From a virus (Duplodnaviria > Caudoviricetes): a stretch of DNA of 64,000 nucleotides. Each line of letters starts with the position of its first letter. Position 1 is the first letter of the stretch. Where the stretch lies: IMG/VR virus record IMGVR_UViG_2767802758_000001, positions 8,410 through 72,409 of that record. One strand, given 5' to 3'. The position numbers were made by a program, and so were the translations under genes. Below, in pieces: positions 8,083 through 17,390 of this stretch. The notes beneath the pieces were generated by a model. That model was not told the DNA's origin, did no database searches, and saw only the letters and a program-made list of their open reading frames with translations.

Positions 8083-8583
8083 CTATCCGAAAGCTCCGCG
8101 GGTTCTTCGCTGTGGTTTCGGGGGAAGAAATCGGTAAAGGGCTTTGCATGCACGACAACTGCCCAGGCCCTTATCGCCGCCTCCGAACTGGAGTATCGAT
8201 TTCACCGATCCGTTATCCATACAGTGGGGGCAAAGGTGGTGCATAGGCTCTCCGTTCTGGCACGACTCCTTAAGGCGAAGGGTGAAAACTCCCGGGTATT
8301 CCTCGACCAGTTCATAGCGCCCACGCTCAGCAATACGCTTTTCAAGCTCTCGAACTCTGTCGGTCAGGTCGTCATTGCTTCTCAACAAAGATCGCTCGCG
8401 CTCGGTGGACTCAAGGCTCTTGTTCTGCATGGCGATTACCTCTGCGCCGAGATGCATGAGCTGAATTTGAAGTTCATTGGTGGCCGCCGAGACCTTTGCT
8501 TCATCCAGCGTTTCCACAGCAGTTTTGTACGCGGATGCACTTTGGGTCACGGCGGAAAAGATACCCATTAAATCCATGGCCAA
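8083..8583 (-). CDS. Coiled-coil plus C-terminal zinc-ribbon protein (antisense moron)
   Basis: CPHC...CRAC pairs after a coiled coil; AGGA RBS. Confidence 0.7.
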   Translation of the reverse strand: MAMDLMGIFSAVTQSASAYKTAVETLDEAKVSAATNELQIQLMHLGAEVIAMQNKSLESTERERSLLRSNDDLTDRVRELEKRIAERGRYELVEEYPGVFTLRLKESCQNGEPMHHLCPHCMDNGSVKSILQFGGGDKGLGSCRACKALYRFLPPKPQRRTRGAFG

Positions 8584-8642
8584 TTCCTTTCAAAAAGTTT
8601 AGTTACTCGCATTTCTAAGCATAGCTGATTGGAGTTGGCCAC

Positions 8643-8807
8643 TTAATGCAGCTCATGAGCAGGGCATGCAGGCTCGCTTAGGTCTTGCATGTCGCGCTCA
8701 TCACACAGACGCACAAACAGTTGCATGACGGTTTGCTGCGTTGGTTCTTCAAAGGTACGCCGGGCGATGTCTTCAGCCTGGGTCAAGATTTTCTCGGTTT
8801 CGGTCAT
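8643..8807 (-). CDS. Small hypothetical protein
   Basis: AAGGAG RBS before ATG at 8807; MTETEKILTQAEDIARRTFEEPT. Confidence 0.6.
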   Translation of the reverse strand: MTETEKILTQAEDIARRTFEEPTQQTVMQLFVRLCDERDMQDLSEPACPAHELH

Positions 8808-8890
8808 TAAAACTCCTTGTTCAGTTTCACCAGTTTGATCGAACCCACTTTCAATAGCATTCAACTCTTTTTGCATAGGACTGACTCCCA

Positions 8891-9202
8891 ATGAATGCCA
8901 CCACAGCAGCACGGGTGGACAACCGCCCACAACGTCCAAGCATGGACCGCGCTTTCCGCCAGGCGCTGACAGATCCGTCCGTGAAGGCGAAAGCTAAAGA
9001 ATGCCTGGGCTGGGATGAAAGTCAGGTCAGTCGGTTTTTGTCAGGTCAGATGGGCCTAACAATCGACAAGATCGACCAAGCCATTGAGGTTTTGGGCATG
9101 GTTGTGACAACTCCGTCCTATATCGATTTTCTGGCTTATGGAGCGCGTATCGGTGCGAATTGCCACTGTGTGCGCCAAGGGCTGGGGGAGTGCGGCAGAT
9201 AG
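8891..9202 (+). CDS. CII-like transcriptional regulator
   Basis: HTH-like LGWDESQVSRFLSG; position after cro. Confidence 0.65.
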   Translation: MNATTAARVDNRPQRPSMDRAFRQALTDPSVKAKAKECLGWDESQVSRFLSGQMGLTIDKIDQAIEVLGMVVTTPSYIDFLAYGARIGANCHCVRQGLGECGR

Positions 9203-9204
9203 CC

Positions 9205-9615
9205 ATGAGTAAACAGACCTTCAATCTTGTGAGCCCGCAGGTGCGCCGCAATGCGGCCCATGCCATTGCGCACGCGCCTGACAACTATCGCGTGGAGATT
9301 CGTCCCCGTACTCGGTCGTTGGATCAAAACGCAATGATGTGGTCGATCCTGGCCGATCTGTCCAAGCAGGTTGATTGGATGGTCAATGGCGTGGCCACCA
9401 AGCTAGAAGCCGAAGAATGGAAGGATGTTCTATCGGCCAGCCTGAGCCAAGAGACGCGCATGTCCCAGGGTATCCGGGGCGGGATCGTGATGCTGGGCCA
9501 GCGCACCAGCAAGATGACGGTGCGCCAGATGTCCGAGCTAATCGAGTTGGCCCTGTCATTCGGTACTGAGAAGGGCGTTCGCTGGTCGCCTACGTCCTTG
9601 GGGAGCGGGTCATGA
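9205..9615 (+). CDS. ninB: NinB/Orf family recombination protein
   Basis: RSLDQNAMMW...TSKMTVRQMSELIE motifs. Confidence 0.85.
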   Translation: MSKQTFNLVSPQVRRNAAHAIAHAPDNYRVEIRPRTRSLDQNAMMWSILADLSKQVDWMVNGVATKLEAEEWKDVLSASLSQETRMSQGIRGGIVMLGQRTSKMTVRQMSELIELALSFGTEKGVRWSPTSLGSGS

Positions 9616-9743
9616 AGTACTGGCAAATGTGGCTGATCATTTTTTATGTGTGCATCGCACAACTGGCTAGTGACGATGGCTTGATAGGGATGGCCGTAGG
9701 TGCATTCCTGGCGGCTGTCGGTTTTGGGGTGGCACGACGATGA
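9612..9743 (+). CDS. Small membrane peptide (43 aa)
   Basis: ATGA overlaps on both sides; two hydrophobic stretches. Confidence 0.5.
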   Translation: MKYWQMWLIIFYVCIAQLASDDGLIGMAVGAFLAAVGFGVARR

Positions 9744-10195
9744 GAGCGTTCAACAGCACATTCAAAGCCCCGGCAAAGCCGATGCAGCGTAGCGCGTGGA
9801 AGCCAGCCAAGCCCAAGGCGATTAAGTCACGGGGCATGGAGGGCGCGGCAACCACGGCAGACCAGAAGCGATTCCACAGCATGATGGCCTCGCTCGGTTG
9901 CATCGCCTGCCATCTGGATAAGCGCTATCAGCCAGTCGTGAGCATCCACCATATCGATGGCCGCACCAAGCCGGATGCGCATTGGCTCGTTCTGCCTCTG
10001 TGCGCGGGCCACCACCAGGACGGAACAGGTGCGCCTGGACTGGTTGCCATCCATCCCTGGAAAAACAAGTTTGAGTCGATTTACAGCCCACAGCGCAATT
10101 TGCTGCGCCTGTGCATACAAACACTGCTGGACCGTGGCGCCGTTGTTCCTGATGGCGCGCTGAGGGCGGCAAACATACTACAGGGGGACGCATGA
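9740..10195 (+). CDS. Ref-family/HNH-like recombination enhancement nuclease
   Basis: GCIAC...IHHIDGR...LPLCAGHHQ. Confidence 0.8.
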   Translation: MRAFNSTFKAPAKPMQRSAWKPAKPKAIKSRGMEGAATTADQKRFHSMMASLGCIACHLDKRYQPVVSIHHIDGRTKPDAHWLVLPLCAGHHQDGTGAPGLVAIHPWKNKFESIYSPQRNLLRLCIQTLLDRGAVVPDGALRAANILQGDA

Positions 10196-11055
10196 AGCCC
10201 TTAGACACTATCAGGGCCATAGGCAGGCCAATCGCATACCACGCGGCTCTAGCCCGCCATGTCGGCGGTGTGGCTACGGCCATCTTCCTTGGCCAGCTGA
10301 TGTACTGGGACGAGCGATCTACGGACGAGCGCGGCGTCCATAAGGAGTCAAAGCAGTGGGAAGATGAGACGGGCCTTTCCTATCGGGAGCAGGCTACGGC
10401 ACGCAAGAAGCTACGCGATTTGGGGCTGCTTATTGAGACTCCTGAGCGTCTCAATCACCGCATCTACTACAAGCTGGATCGTGAGGCATTTAACGCATGG
10501 ATTGAGTCTGTTTCCAAGGACTCGGAACCTGAAAATGGCGAATTGCGGAATGCGCATTTCCCGAACGACGAAAACGCAATTGGGGAACAACACATTCCGC
10601 ATTTGGGGGATGACGCAAAACGCATTTCGTTAATAGAGAAGACTACTACAGAGATTACTACAGAGATTACAGAAACAAATATGTCCGGTTCTGCCGAACC
10701 GAACCGCCGTGTTCTGCCATCTGAAAAATTCCAGGAGTTCTGGCAGGCCTATCCAAGCACTGGGCGCAAGGTTGCCAAGGCGAAGTGCGCTCAGATCTGG
10801 AAAGCCCGAAAGCTGGACGAGGTTGCCGACGATATCTTGAGCCATCTGCTGGCCATCAAGACCACACCGCAATGGCTGGGAGGCTATGAGCCTGCGCCGT
10901 TGACGTACCTGAACCAACGCCGCTGGGAGGACGGTGTGCCAGTTAGCGCCCATGTCGCTTCCCGTTCGTCTGGTGGCTCGCTGTTTGAGCAAAACATGGC
11001 AGCCGCTGCGCATGCCAAGGCAATGATTTTTGGAGGTGGCAATGCAACAGGCTGA
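10192..11055 (+). CDS. Replication initiator (gpO-like)
   Basis: N-terminal wHTH, central iteron-coded linker, C-terminal FQEFWQAYP...YLNQRRWED. Confidence 0.8.
   Translation: MKPLDTIRAIGRPIAYHAALARHVGGVATAIFLGQLMYWDERSTDERGVHKESKQWEDETGLSYREQATARKKLRDLGLLIETPERLNHRIYYKLDREAFNAWIESVSKDSEPENGELRNAHFPNDENAIGEQHIPHLGDDAKRISLIEKTTTEITTEITETNMSGSAEPNRRVLPSEKFQEFWQAYPSTGRKVAKAKCAQIWKARKLDEVADDILSHLLAIKTTPQWLGGYEPAPLTYLNQRRWEDGVPVSAHVASRSSGGSLFEQNMAAAAHAKAMIFGGGNATG
10553..10680 (+). repeat. Iterons, likely replication origin of prophage 1
   Basis: CGCAWTT at 10553, 10575, 10598, 10621 (22-23 bp period) followed by tandem ACTACAGAGATT. Confidence 0.6.
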
Positions 11056-11698
11056 TTTTGAGCAGTTCTCCCAAATGCTGAATGCGGCTGCGGACCTTTA
11101 CGGGAAAACTATGTCCGGCATGGCGATTTCGTTGTGGTGGAATGCCCTGAGTCAGTATGACCTGAGTGCCGTGCGTGACGGCCTCAGTCGACACATGCAG
11201 AGTCCCGACTCAGGCCAGTTTATGCCTAAGCCAGCTGATGTGATTCGGATGATCGGAGGCACCACGCAGGACGGCGCGCTGCAGGCCTGGGCGAAGGTAA
11301 ATACGGCAGTGCGCAGTGTTGGCACTTACCAGACGGTGGCCTTTGATGATCCGATTATTCACGCCGTTGTGACGGATATGGGCGGGTGGGTAGCCTTGGG
11401 CACCAAGACCGAGCATGAGTGGCCGTTTGTTGCCAAGGAGTTCGAGAACCGCTATCGCGGCTATCGGAATCGTGGTGGGGCCGATGAATACCCACGCACG
11501 TTGATTGGAATTGCCGAAGCGCAGAACTCTCAGAACGGGCTCCGATCGCAGCCGCCTGTACTGATTGGTGATGCTGCCCGTGCAAAACAGGTGCTTCTGG
11601 GTGGTTCCGATAGTCCTCGCATTGGGTTTCAGCAGCTTGGTGAGCAGGAGTTGGGCGCTGTGATGATTGACGCTGAGCCTCGGAGGCTGCAGGCATGA
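11042..11698 (+). CDS. DUF6475-type replication-associated protein (gpP position)
   Basis: FMPKPADVI and FDDPIIHAVVTDMGGW motifs. Confidence 0.7.
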   Translation: MQQADFEQFSQMLNAAADLYGKTMSGMAISLWWNALSQYDLSAVRDGLSRHMQSPDSGQFMPKPADVIRMIGGTTQDGALQAWAKVNTAVRSVGTYQTVAFDDPIIHAVVTDMGGWVALGTKTEHEWPFVAKEFENRYRGYRNRGGADEYPRTLIGIAEAQNSQNGLRSQPPVLIGDAARAKQVLLGGSDSPRIGFQQLGEQELGAVMIDAEPRRLQA

Positions 11699-12030
11699 AG
11701 CGCAAGTACGGAAACCGCAAGACGATAATCGACGGCATTCAGTTTCCCAGCAAGCTGGAAGCCGCCCGCTACCAGCAACTGAAACTGCTGGAACGGGCAG
11801 GGCAGATCACCGACCTGGAGCTGCAGCCCCGTTTCGAGCTGATCCCCAAGCAGCGCCGAGATGATGGAAAGCCGGAAAGAGCGTGTGAGTACGTGGCCGA
11901 CTTCCAGTATACGGACACCGCCACTGGCCGGCTCGTGATTGAAGATGCAAAAGGCGTTCGCACTGATACTTACGTTATCAAGCGGAAATTGTTGCTCCAG
12001 GTCCACGGGATAACAGTACGGGAGGTTTGA
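11695..12030 (+). CDS. DUF1064 family PD-(D/E)xK endonuclease
   Basis: KYGNRK...DGIQFPSKLEA...YVADF...EDAKG. Confidence 0.85.
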   Translation: MKRKYGNRKTIIDGIQFPSKLEAARYQQLKLLERAGQITDLELQPRFELIPKQRRDDGKPERACEYVADFQYTDTATGRLVIEDAKGVRTDTYVIKRKLLLQVHGITVREV

Positions 12031-12031
12031 T

Positions 12032-12202
12032 ATGCCATACCCAAGCTGGATGTACCAAGACCCATCGAAGCATGTGGATTTTGTGCGCCGAAAGCGGCAA
12101 GAGCACCAGGAGCGGCAGCCCGAGGCAAAACGTGAACGGGCGCGGGAAGGGCTGAAAGCATTATTCGGGGAGGGCAGCCATGCAAAAACTGAGCGGCGAT
12201 GA
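12032..12202 (+). CDS. Small basic hypothetical protein
   Basis: GGAGG RBS; 56 aa MPYPSWMYQDPSKHVDF. Confidence 0.55.
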   Translation: MPYPSWMYQDPSKHVDFVRRKRQEHQERQPEAKRERAREGLKALFGEGSHAKTERR

Positions 12203-12539
12203 CTTGCTTTGGAATTGGGCCCGCTGGTGCTGGTCAGGCGAGACGGTCGGGAATATGGAGCGGTATGTGCCCTGGGAGGATGATTGCCGTCCGATCAACC
12301 AAGACCACGCCCAGGCTGTGGACGCTCTGTACCAACTCTTGCCTCGTTATCAGGCCATGGTGGTGCAGGCTGAGTACACCCGGAAGAACTCGCACTTTGG
12401 CAACCTGTCGGCATCAGAGCGCCTGGTGGTGGCTCGCCGGTGGATTCGCCAGATCACCGGAGCCATATTGCGGGACGAAGATTACAAGCGGCACCTGGAG
12501 GGATTCAGGGCCAAGGTAGAAAAGGAGGTGTTGCAATGA
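12180..12539 (+). CDS. Q-like late gene regulator
   Basis: LLWNWARW motif and position before the late operon; paralog at 44863. Confidence 0.6.
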   Translation: MQKLSGDDLLWNWARWCWSGETVGNMERYVPWEDDCRPINQDHAQAVDALYQLLPRYQAMVVQAEYTRKNSHFGNLSASERLVVARRWIRQITGAILRDEDYKRHLEGFRAKVEKEVLQ

Positions 12540-12844
12540 AGTATGCGTCGGAGGTGATTGATTTGCTGGCGGCGTATCCGAATCGGGCCTTCAAGATGAT
12601 TCAGATCGTGCGTCACGTGGCTGACGGCCATCCAGAAAGCCCCAAGGAATGGGAGCGTGTTCGCAAAGGGGTGCGCCGTGTCCTGGACAGCTTGGAAGAG
12701 AGCGGGCAGGTCAGTTCAAACCGGATCGGGGCAGCGAATGGTGGCTCCGCCCTCTACCAGTGGAAACCGGGACATGAACTTCTGGCAAACCGGGACAGAA
12801 ACCGGGACAATATCAGCAAGCACAACTGTGCCTGTAGGTTTTGA
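12536..12844 (+). CDS. Winged-HTH protein coupled to the Q-like gene
   Basis: ATGA overlap; MKYASEVIDLLAAYP; paralog at 45240. Confidence 0.65.
   Translation: MKYASEVIDLLAAYPNRAFKMIQIVRHVADGHPESPKEWERVRKGVRRVLDSLEESGQVSSNRIGAANGGSALYQWKPGHELLANRDRNRDNISKHNCACRF
12764..12809 (+). repeat. Three direct repeats AAACCGGGACA (candidate late-regulator site)
   Basis: Exact copies at 12764, 12787, 12799. Confidence 0.7.
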
Positions 12845-12848
12845 ACAG

Positions 12849-12879
12849 CCCCGCCCATCGAAAGATCGGCGGGTTTTTT
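12849..12879 (+). terminator. tR'-like terminator at the start of the late operon
   Basis: CCCGCC...GGCGGG followed by T6. Confidence 0.7.
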
Positions 12880-12944
12880 AGGGTAGTTGGTCCAACTGAC
12901 TGGCATCGGGCATACTGGGACTTCTCTTTAACCAGGAGCCTGAT

Positions 12945-13136
12945 ATGACAAGAAAGTTTGTGAGTATTGTTCCGCACCAAATGCCAGACGACCTTGGAAC
13001 GGTGCTTTATGCGGTAGCAGATGATGGAACTGCTTGGAGGGCCAAGCAGTATCCACGAGGAAGTTTACCGGATGAGCCTTGGGTCCAGATACCGGGCCTG
13101 CCTGAGGATGACGGGCTCTCCGGAACGTATATATAG
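12945..13136 (+). CDS. Small hypothetical protein
   Basis: AGGAG RBS; followed by a terminator. Confidence 0.6.
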   Translation: MTRKFVSIVPHQMPDDLGTVLYAVADDGTAWRAKQYPRGSLPDEPWVQIPGLPEDDGLSGTYI

Positions 13137-13181
13137 TCTGTCTGCTAGTTATGTCTCCGCCTCCGGGCGGTTTTTTTATGG

Positions 13182-13817
13182 ATGAAAGAAATGGCCCTGC
13201 CAGCGAGACCATGCCAGCCTGCTGATTTGGTTGGTGAGGAGGCACAGCTATTTCTTACGCTTCGGCCCGCGCCAGAGATCGGCGAATGGGTGCAGCGAAA
13301 TATTCTGGCCGATGATGGGCCTATCCATAACCCCGACCACTCCCACCTGATTGAGGCTGATCTGTGCTTCCTGTGGGCATCAACAGCTTTCACAAAGCAA
13401 GGGCGTACGGTCTTGGGCCAATGCGAGCAAGTGATGTTCCGCGCCGGGGGCTGGCAGAAAGCCCGTCAAGAGCAACAGATGCGTGAATGGTTCGGCTACG
13501 TGCCGCAGTTCATCATCACTCTAGCGGCCGATTACTGCTCTCAGTGCAGCGACGTCGAGTTCTGCGCACTGGTCGAGCATGAGTTGATGCACATCGGCCA
13601 GCAGATGGATGAGTTCGGCTCACCCAAGTTCGATAAAGAAGGATTCCCCAAGCTCTGCATGGTCGGTCACGACGTGGAAGAGTTCATCGGGGTGGTCCAG
13701 CGCTACGGCTCATCTCAAGATGTGCAACGGCTGATTGATGCAGCCAAGGCGGGCCCATCAGTGGCAAGAGCCAACATCGCACATGCATGCGGCACCTGTT
13801 TAAAGGTCGCTGCCTAA
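13182..13817 (+). CDS. Putative phage metallopeptidase
   Basis: HELMH zinc motif and GHDVEEF. Confidence 0.8.
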   Translation: MKEMALPARPCQPADLVGEEAQLFLTLRPAPEIGEWVQRNILADDGPIHNPDHSHLIEADLCFLWASTAFTKQGRTVLGQCEQVMFRAGGWQKARQEQQMREWFGYVPQFIITLAADYCSQCSDVEFCALVEHELMHIGQQMDEFGSPKFDKEGFPKLCMVGHDVEEFIGVVQRYGSSQDVQRLIDAAKAGPSVARANIAHACGTCLKVAA

Positions 13818-13847
13818 CATAGACACAAGCTAGACGGATTTCACATT

Positions 13848-14321
13848 ATGGCAAAGCTCAGTGAGGCCGCGCAGCGCTTCATTGTGCAAGCGCTTGCGTG
13901 CTACGACACGCCTACTCAAGTTGCAGAGGCGGTCAAGGAAGAATTTGGTATCGACGTTCCGCGCAACCAGGTGGGGCAGTATGACCCGACGAAGGTATCT
14001 GGCCGCCAGTTGTCGAAGAAGTGGAGCGACCTGTTCCACGACACGCGAGCGCAGTTTCGTAAGGAAGTGGCAGAGATCCCGATTGCTGATCAGGCTTTCC
14101 GCCTGCGCCAGCTTCACCGTATGGCGAACGAGGCGATGCGCCGTAAGAACATTGTCCTGGCCGCATCCCTAATGGAGCAAGCTGCCAAGGAAATGGGCGG
14201 CATGTTCACCAATAAGCGGGAGCTGAGCGGCCCAGGCGGGAAGCCCATGGAACATAGAACGGTGGTGGTCGATGAAAAATCAGTCGCTGCCGCCGTCTCA
14301 GCACTTGAAGATGAGTACTGA
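13848..14321 (+). CDS. terS: Terminase small subunit (DUF2280 type)
   Basis: FIVQALACYDTPTQVAEAVKEEFG motif. Confidence 0.85.
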   Translation: MAKLSEAAQRFIVQALACYDTPTQVAEAVKEEFGIDVPRNQVGQYDPTKVSGRQLSKKWSDLFHDTRAQFRKEVAEIPIADQAFRLRQLHRMANEAMRRKNIVLAASLMEQAAKEMGGMFTNKRELSGPGGKPMEHRTVVVDEKSVAAAVSALEDEY

Positions 14322-15798
14322 TGTTGATCCTGATGTCCTGCGCCAAGTAGCAAAGGTCCGCTGTCAGGACGAGGGGCTTTTCTTTGCCCGATACTTCTTT
14401 AAGCAGCGCACTGGTGGAAAGATGATCGTGGCCCCGCACCACAAGGTGATCCAGCAAACGCTTGATCGTGTGGTGGCTGGTGAGATTACACGCCTGATCA
14501 TCAATGTCCCCCCTGGGTACACCAAGACTGAGCTGGCCACGATCAATATGATCGGGCGCGGCCTGGCGCTGAACAATCGCGCCCGGTTCATGCACCTGTC
14601 GTACTCGCACAATCTGGCGCTGCTGAACTCAAGTACGGTGCGGGGCATTGTTAAGTCTCAGGCTTATCAAAGCATGTGGCCCATGGTGCTGCGCGACGAT
14701 GCGGACAGCAAGGGTATGTGGTGGACCGAGCATGGTGGTGGTGTGTATGCGTCGTCCGCTGCTGGTCAGGTCACTGGCTTTCGCGCTGGGCATATGGAGC
14801 CAGGCTGGCAAGGGGCGCTGATCATTGACGATCCGGTCAAGCCTGATGATGCATACAGCGATACGGTGCGCGGCGGCATTAACGACCGATTCAATGAAAC
14901 GATTAAATCCCGGCTGGCGATTGAAACCACGCCGATGATCGTGATCATGCAGCGGATTCACTACCAGGACCTGAGCGGCTATTTGCTGCGTGGCGGGTCC
15001 GGGGAAAAGTGGCACCACCTGAATCTGCCGGTGATCATTGACAACAGCCTGCCTTATCCGGAAGAGAACACGCACGGCATCCCGATTGACCATGGCCTTC
15101 CTGATGGGTGGCTCTGGCCTTTCAAGCACAACGAATCACACCGGACTGCGCTGTTTTCTCACCGGCGAACTGCAGAGGCGCAGTATATGCAGCGCCCACG
15201 GCGATTCAATGCCGAGGGGGCGCTGTGGACTGAGGCGCTGATTACAGCCGCTCATGCTTTGCAGATCAGGCATGAGCTCGTACGCACGGTGGTGGCGGTT
15301 GACCCGGCCACGACTGCAAGCGACGAAAGCGACGAGACCGGCATTGTGGTGGCCAGCTCCTACGGATCAGGCGACAACCGCCAGTATTCGGTAGATGGTG
15401 ACTACAGCGGCAAGTACAGCCCGAACGGCTGGGCGCAGAAGGCCATCGGTGCATACGAGCAGCACAATGCCGACGCTATCGTCATCGAGACGAACCAGGG
15501 CGGCGATATGGCTGAGTCCACGCTGCGCAATGCTGGATTCAAGGGCCGCATCGTGCGTGTCCATGCCAGCAAAGGCAAGTTCGCCCGAGCTGAGCCTATC
15601 TCAGCACTCTACGAGCAGGGCCGGGTGGCGCATAAAGGCGCTCTGTACCTACTCGAAAACCAACTTATGGAATATGTGCCAGCAACGGCCAAGAAATCGC
15701 CCGACCGGCTCGATGCCATGGTCTGGGCGCTGACTGAGCTGGGCGGCACACAAGCCGTGGGCCTGATGATTCCAAAGCGCCTACTTCAAGGCAGATAA
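14311..15798 (+). CDS. terL: Terminase large subunit
   Basis: Walker A variant PPGYTKT, Walker B LIIDD, RNase H-like VAVDPA...DRLDA. Confidence 0.95.
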   Translation: MSTDVDPDVLRQVAKVRCQDEGLFFARYFFKQRTGGKMIVAPHHKVIQQTLDRVVAGEITRLIINVPPGYTKTELATINMIGRGLALNNRARFMHLSYSHNLALLNSSTVRGIVKSQAYQSMWPMVLRDDADSKGMWWTEHGGGVYASSAAGQVTGFRAGHMEPGWQGALIIDDPVKPDDAYSDTVRGGINDRFNETIKSRLAIETTPMIVIMQRIHYQDLSGYLLRGGSGEKWHHLNLPVIIDNSLPYPEENTHGIPIDHGLPDGWLWPFKHNESHRTALFSHRRTAEAQYMQRPRRFNAEGALWTEALITAAHALQIRHELVRTVVAVDPATTASDESDETGIVVASSYGSGDNRQYSVDGDYSGKYSPNGWAQKAIGAYEQHNADAIVIETNQGGDMAESTLRNAGFKGRIVRVHASKGKFARAEPISALYEQGRVAHKGALYLLENQLMEYVPATAKKSPDRLDAMVWALTELGGTQAVGLMIPKRLLQGR

Positions 15799-16023
15799 AT
15801 GGCAATTTTCAATGTTTCAGCGCGAGACGGCAGCGTTTCGCTGGTTATCCGTGCGCGCTGCATGTCCTGTGCGCGGCAATTGGCGGCTGATCGGTCGCCT
15901 GTGCATGAAAAGCGCTTGTGGCGCGATCCTGATCTTTCCAGCGTCGAGCTGGTCGGCCATCCGGAGCGCCTGGGCTATTTCAGCGAAGGCATGAACGGGA
16001 TACTTAAGCGGATTACGACATGA
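15799..16023 (+). CDS. Small hypothetical protein with CxxC
   Basis: Abuts terL stop; ATGA overlap with portal. Confidence 0.55.
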   Translation: MAIFNVSARDGSVSLVIRARCMSCARQLAADRSPVHEKRLWRDPDLSSVELVGHPERLGYFSEGMNGILKRITT

Positions 16024-17390
16024 CGGCAAGCAATCTACAACTGGCGGTGAATCATGCCATGCATGACGCCGCGTTGGCGCGTGCCCGTATGAATCTGCTT
16101 AATCCCTTAGGCATGGGGCTGGACGATAAGCGGGCTGCTGCCTGGTGCGAGTACGGCTTTAAGCAAAACCTGGACTTTCACGACTTTTATAAGCTGTATC
16201 GCCGCAACGGGCTGGCCAGTGGTGCCGTAGAGAAGTTGGCCGGGACTTGTTGGAAAACAAACCCTTGGGTAATTGAGGGTGACGAAGAGGATGAGTCGCG
16301 CAAAGAGACGGACTGGGAAAAGAAAACAACGCGAGTTCTGACGGCCCGGTTGTGGCGTCGTTTTCGTGAAGCCGATGCCAGACGCCTAGTTGGCCGTTAC
16401 TCCGGTCTTGTTTTGCGAGTCAAGGACAGCGGCAAATGGCATGAGCCAGTCAAGGGCGGCTCCAAGGCCCTTGTCGATGTGGTGCCGGTGTGGGCTGCAA
16501 CGCTACGGGTATCAGAGTGGGATACCGATCTGTCATCAGAGAATTACGGCAAGCCCAAGTTCTGGAGCTATGTAGAGCAGAGCACAAACGGGCAGCCTGG
16601 GCGAAACATCAAGATTCACCCTGACCGCGTGTTCATCTTGGGCGATTACGCAGGTGACGCCATCGGTTTTCTTGAGCCCGTCTATAACAACTTTGTGTCG
16701 CTGGAAAAGGTGGAGGGCGGCTCGGGTGAGTCGTTCTTAAAGAATGCAGCCCGCCAGCTCAACATCAATTTCGATAAAGAGATCGGCTTCGACAATCTCG
16801 CCTCGATGTACGGCGTATCCGTCGATCAGCTGCAAGAGCGATTCAACGAAGCTGCGAAAGAGGTCAACCGTGGCAATGACGTACTCCTGACCACGCAGGG
16901 GGCAGCGGTCACACCATTGGTCTCAGCAGTTCCAGACCCCGGGCCAACCTACAACATCAACCTGCAGACCATTTCTGCTGGCCTGGACATTCCAAGCCGT
17001 GTTCTGGTGGGTAATCAGCAAGGTGAGAGGGCCAGCAGCGAGGACTTGAAATTTTTCTACTCACGCTGCCAGTCGCGCCGCATGGATCTGTCTTTTGAGA
17101 TCGAGGATTTGGTTGACCACTTGGTGCGCATTGGCGTGCTTGATGCCACGGGCGAAAAGACGGTGATGTGGGATGACCTCACGGAGCAGACCTTTGCCGA
17201 GCGGCTGGATAACGCCGCCAAAATGAGCACGATCAACCAGACCGCTTTGGCGACGGGTGAGGAAGTGTTCAGCAACGACGAGATACGGGTTGCTGGTGGC
17301 TTTGACCCTAAAGACAGCGAGCCGTTAGATGAAGGCGACGATAAGGACGAGGATGACGGCGAAACCGAAACCCGCGATCCTTCCCCGTGA
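16020..17390 (+). CDS. Portal protein (DUF1073 type)
   Basis: Position after terL; LYRRNGLASGAVEK and IHPDRV motifs. Confidence 0.85.
   Translation: MTASNLQLAVNHAMHDAALARARMNLLNPLGMGLDDKRAAAWCEYGFKQNLDFHDFYKLYRRNGLASGAVEKLAGTCWKTNPWVIEGDEEDESRKETDWEKKTTRVLTARLWRRFREADARRLVGRYSGLVLRVKDSGKWHEPVKGGSKALVDVVPVWAATLRVSEWDTDLSSENYGKPKFWSYVEQSTNGQPGRNIKIHPDRVFILGDYAGDAIGFLEPVYNNFVSLEKVEGGSGESFLKNAARQLNINFDKEIGFDNLASMYGVSVDQLQERFNEAAKEVNRGNDVLLTTQGAAVTPLVSAVPDPGPTYNINLQTISAGLDIPSRVLVGNQQGERASSEDLKFFYSRCQSRRMDLSFEIEDLVDHLVRIGVLDATGEKTVMWDDLTEQTFAERLDNAAKMSTINQTALATGEEVFSNDEIRVAGGFDPKDSEPLDEGDDKDEDDGETETRDPSP

Noticed and set aside
8059-8571. 170-aa plus-strand ORF after cro
   Set aside because: The opposite-strand ORF has an RBS, coiled coil and zinc ribbon, so this one is probably its shadow
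16020-17390. Possible anti-CBASS Acb1 label for this family
   Set aside because: Size and position between terL and the head morphogenesis gene identify a portal; no HxT phosphoesterase motifs seen
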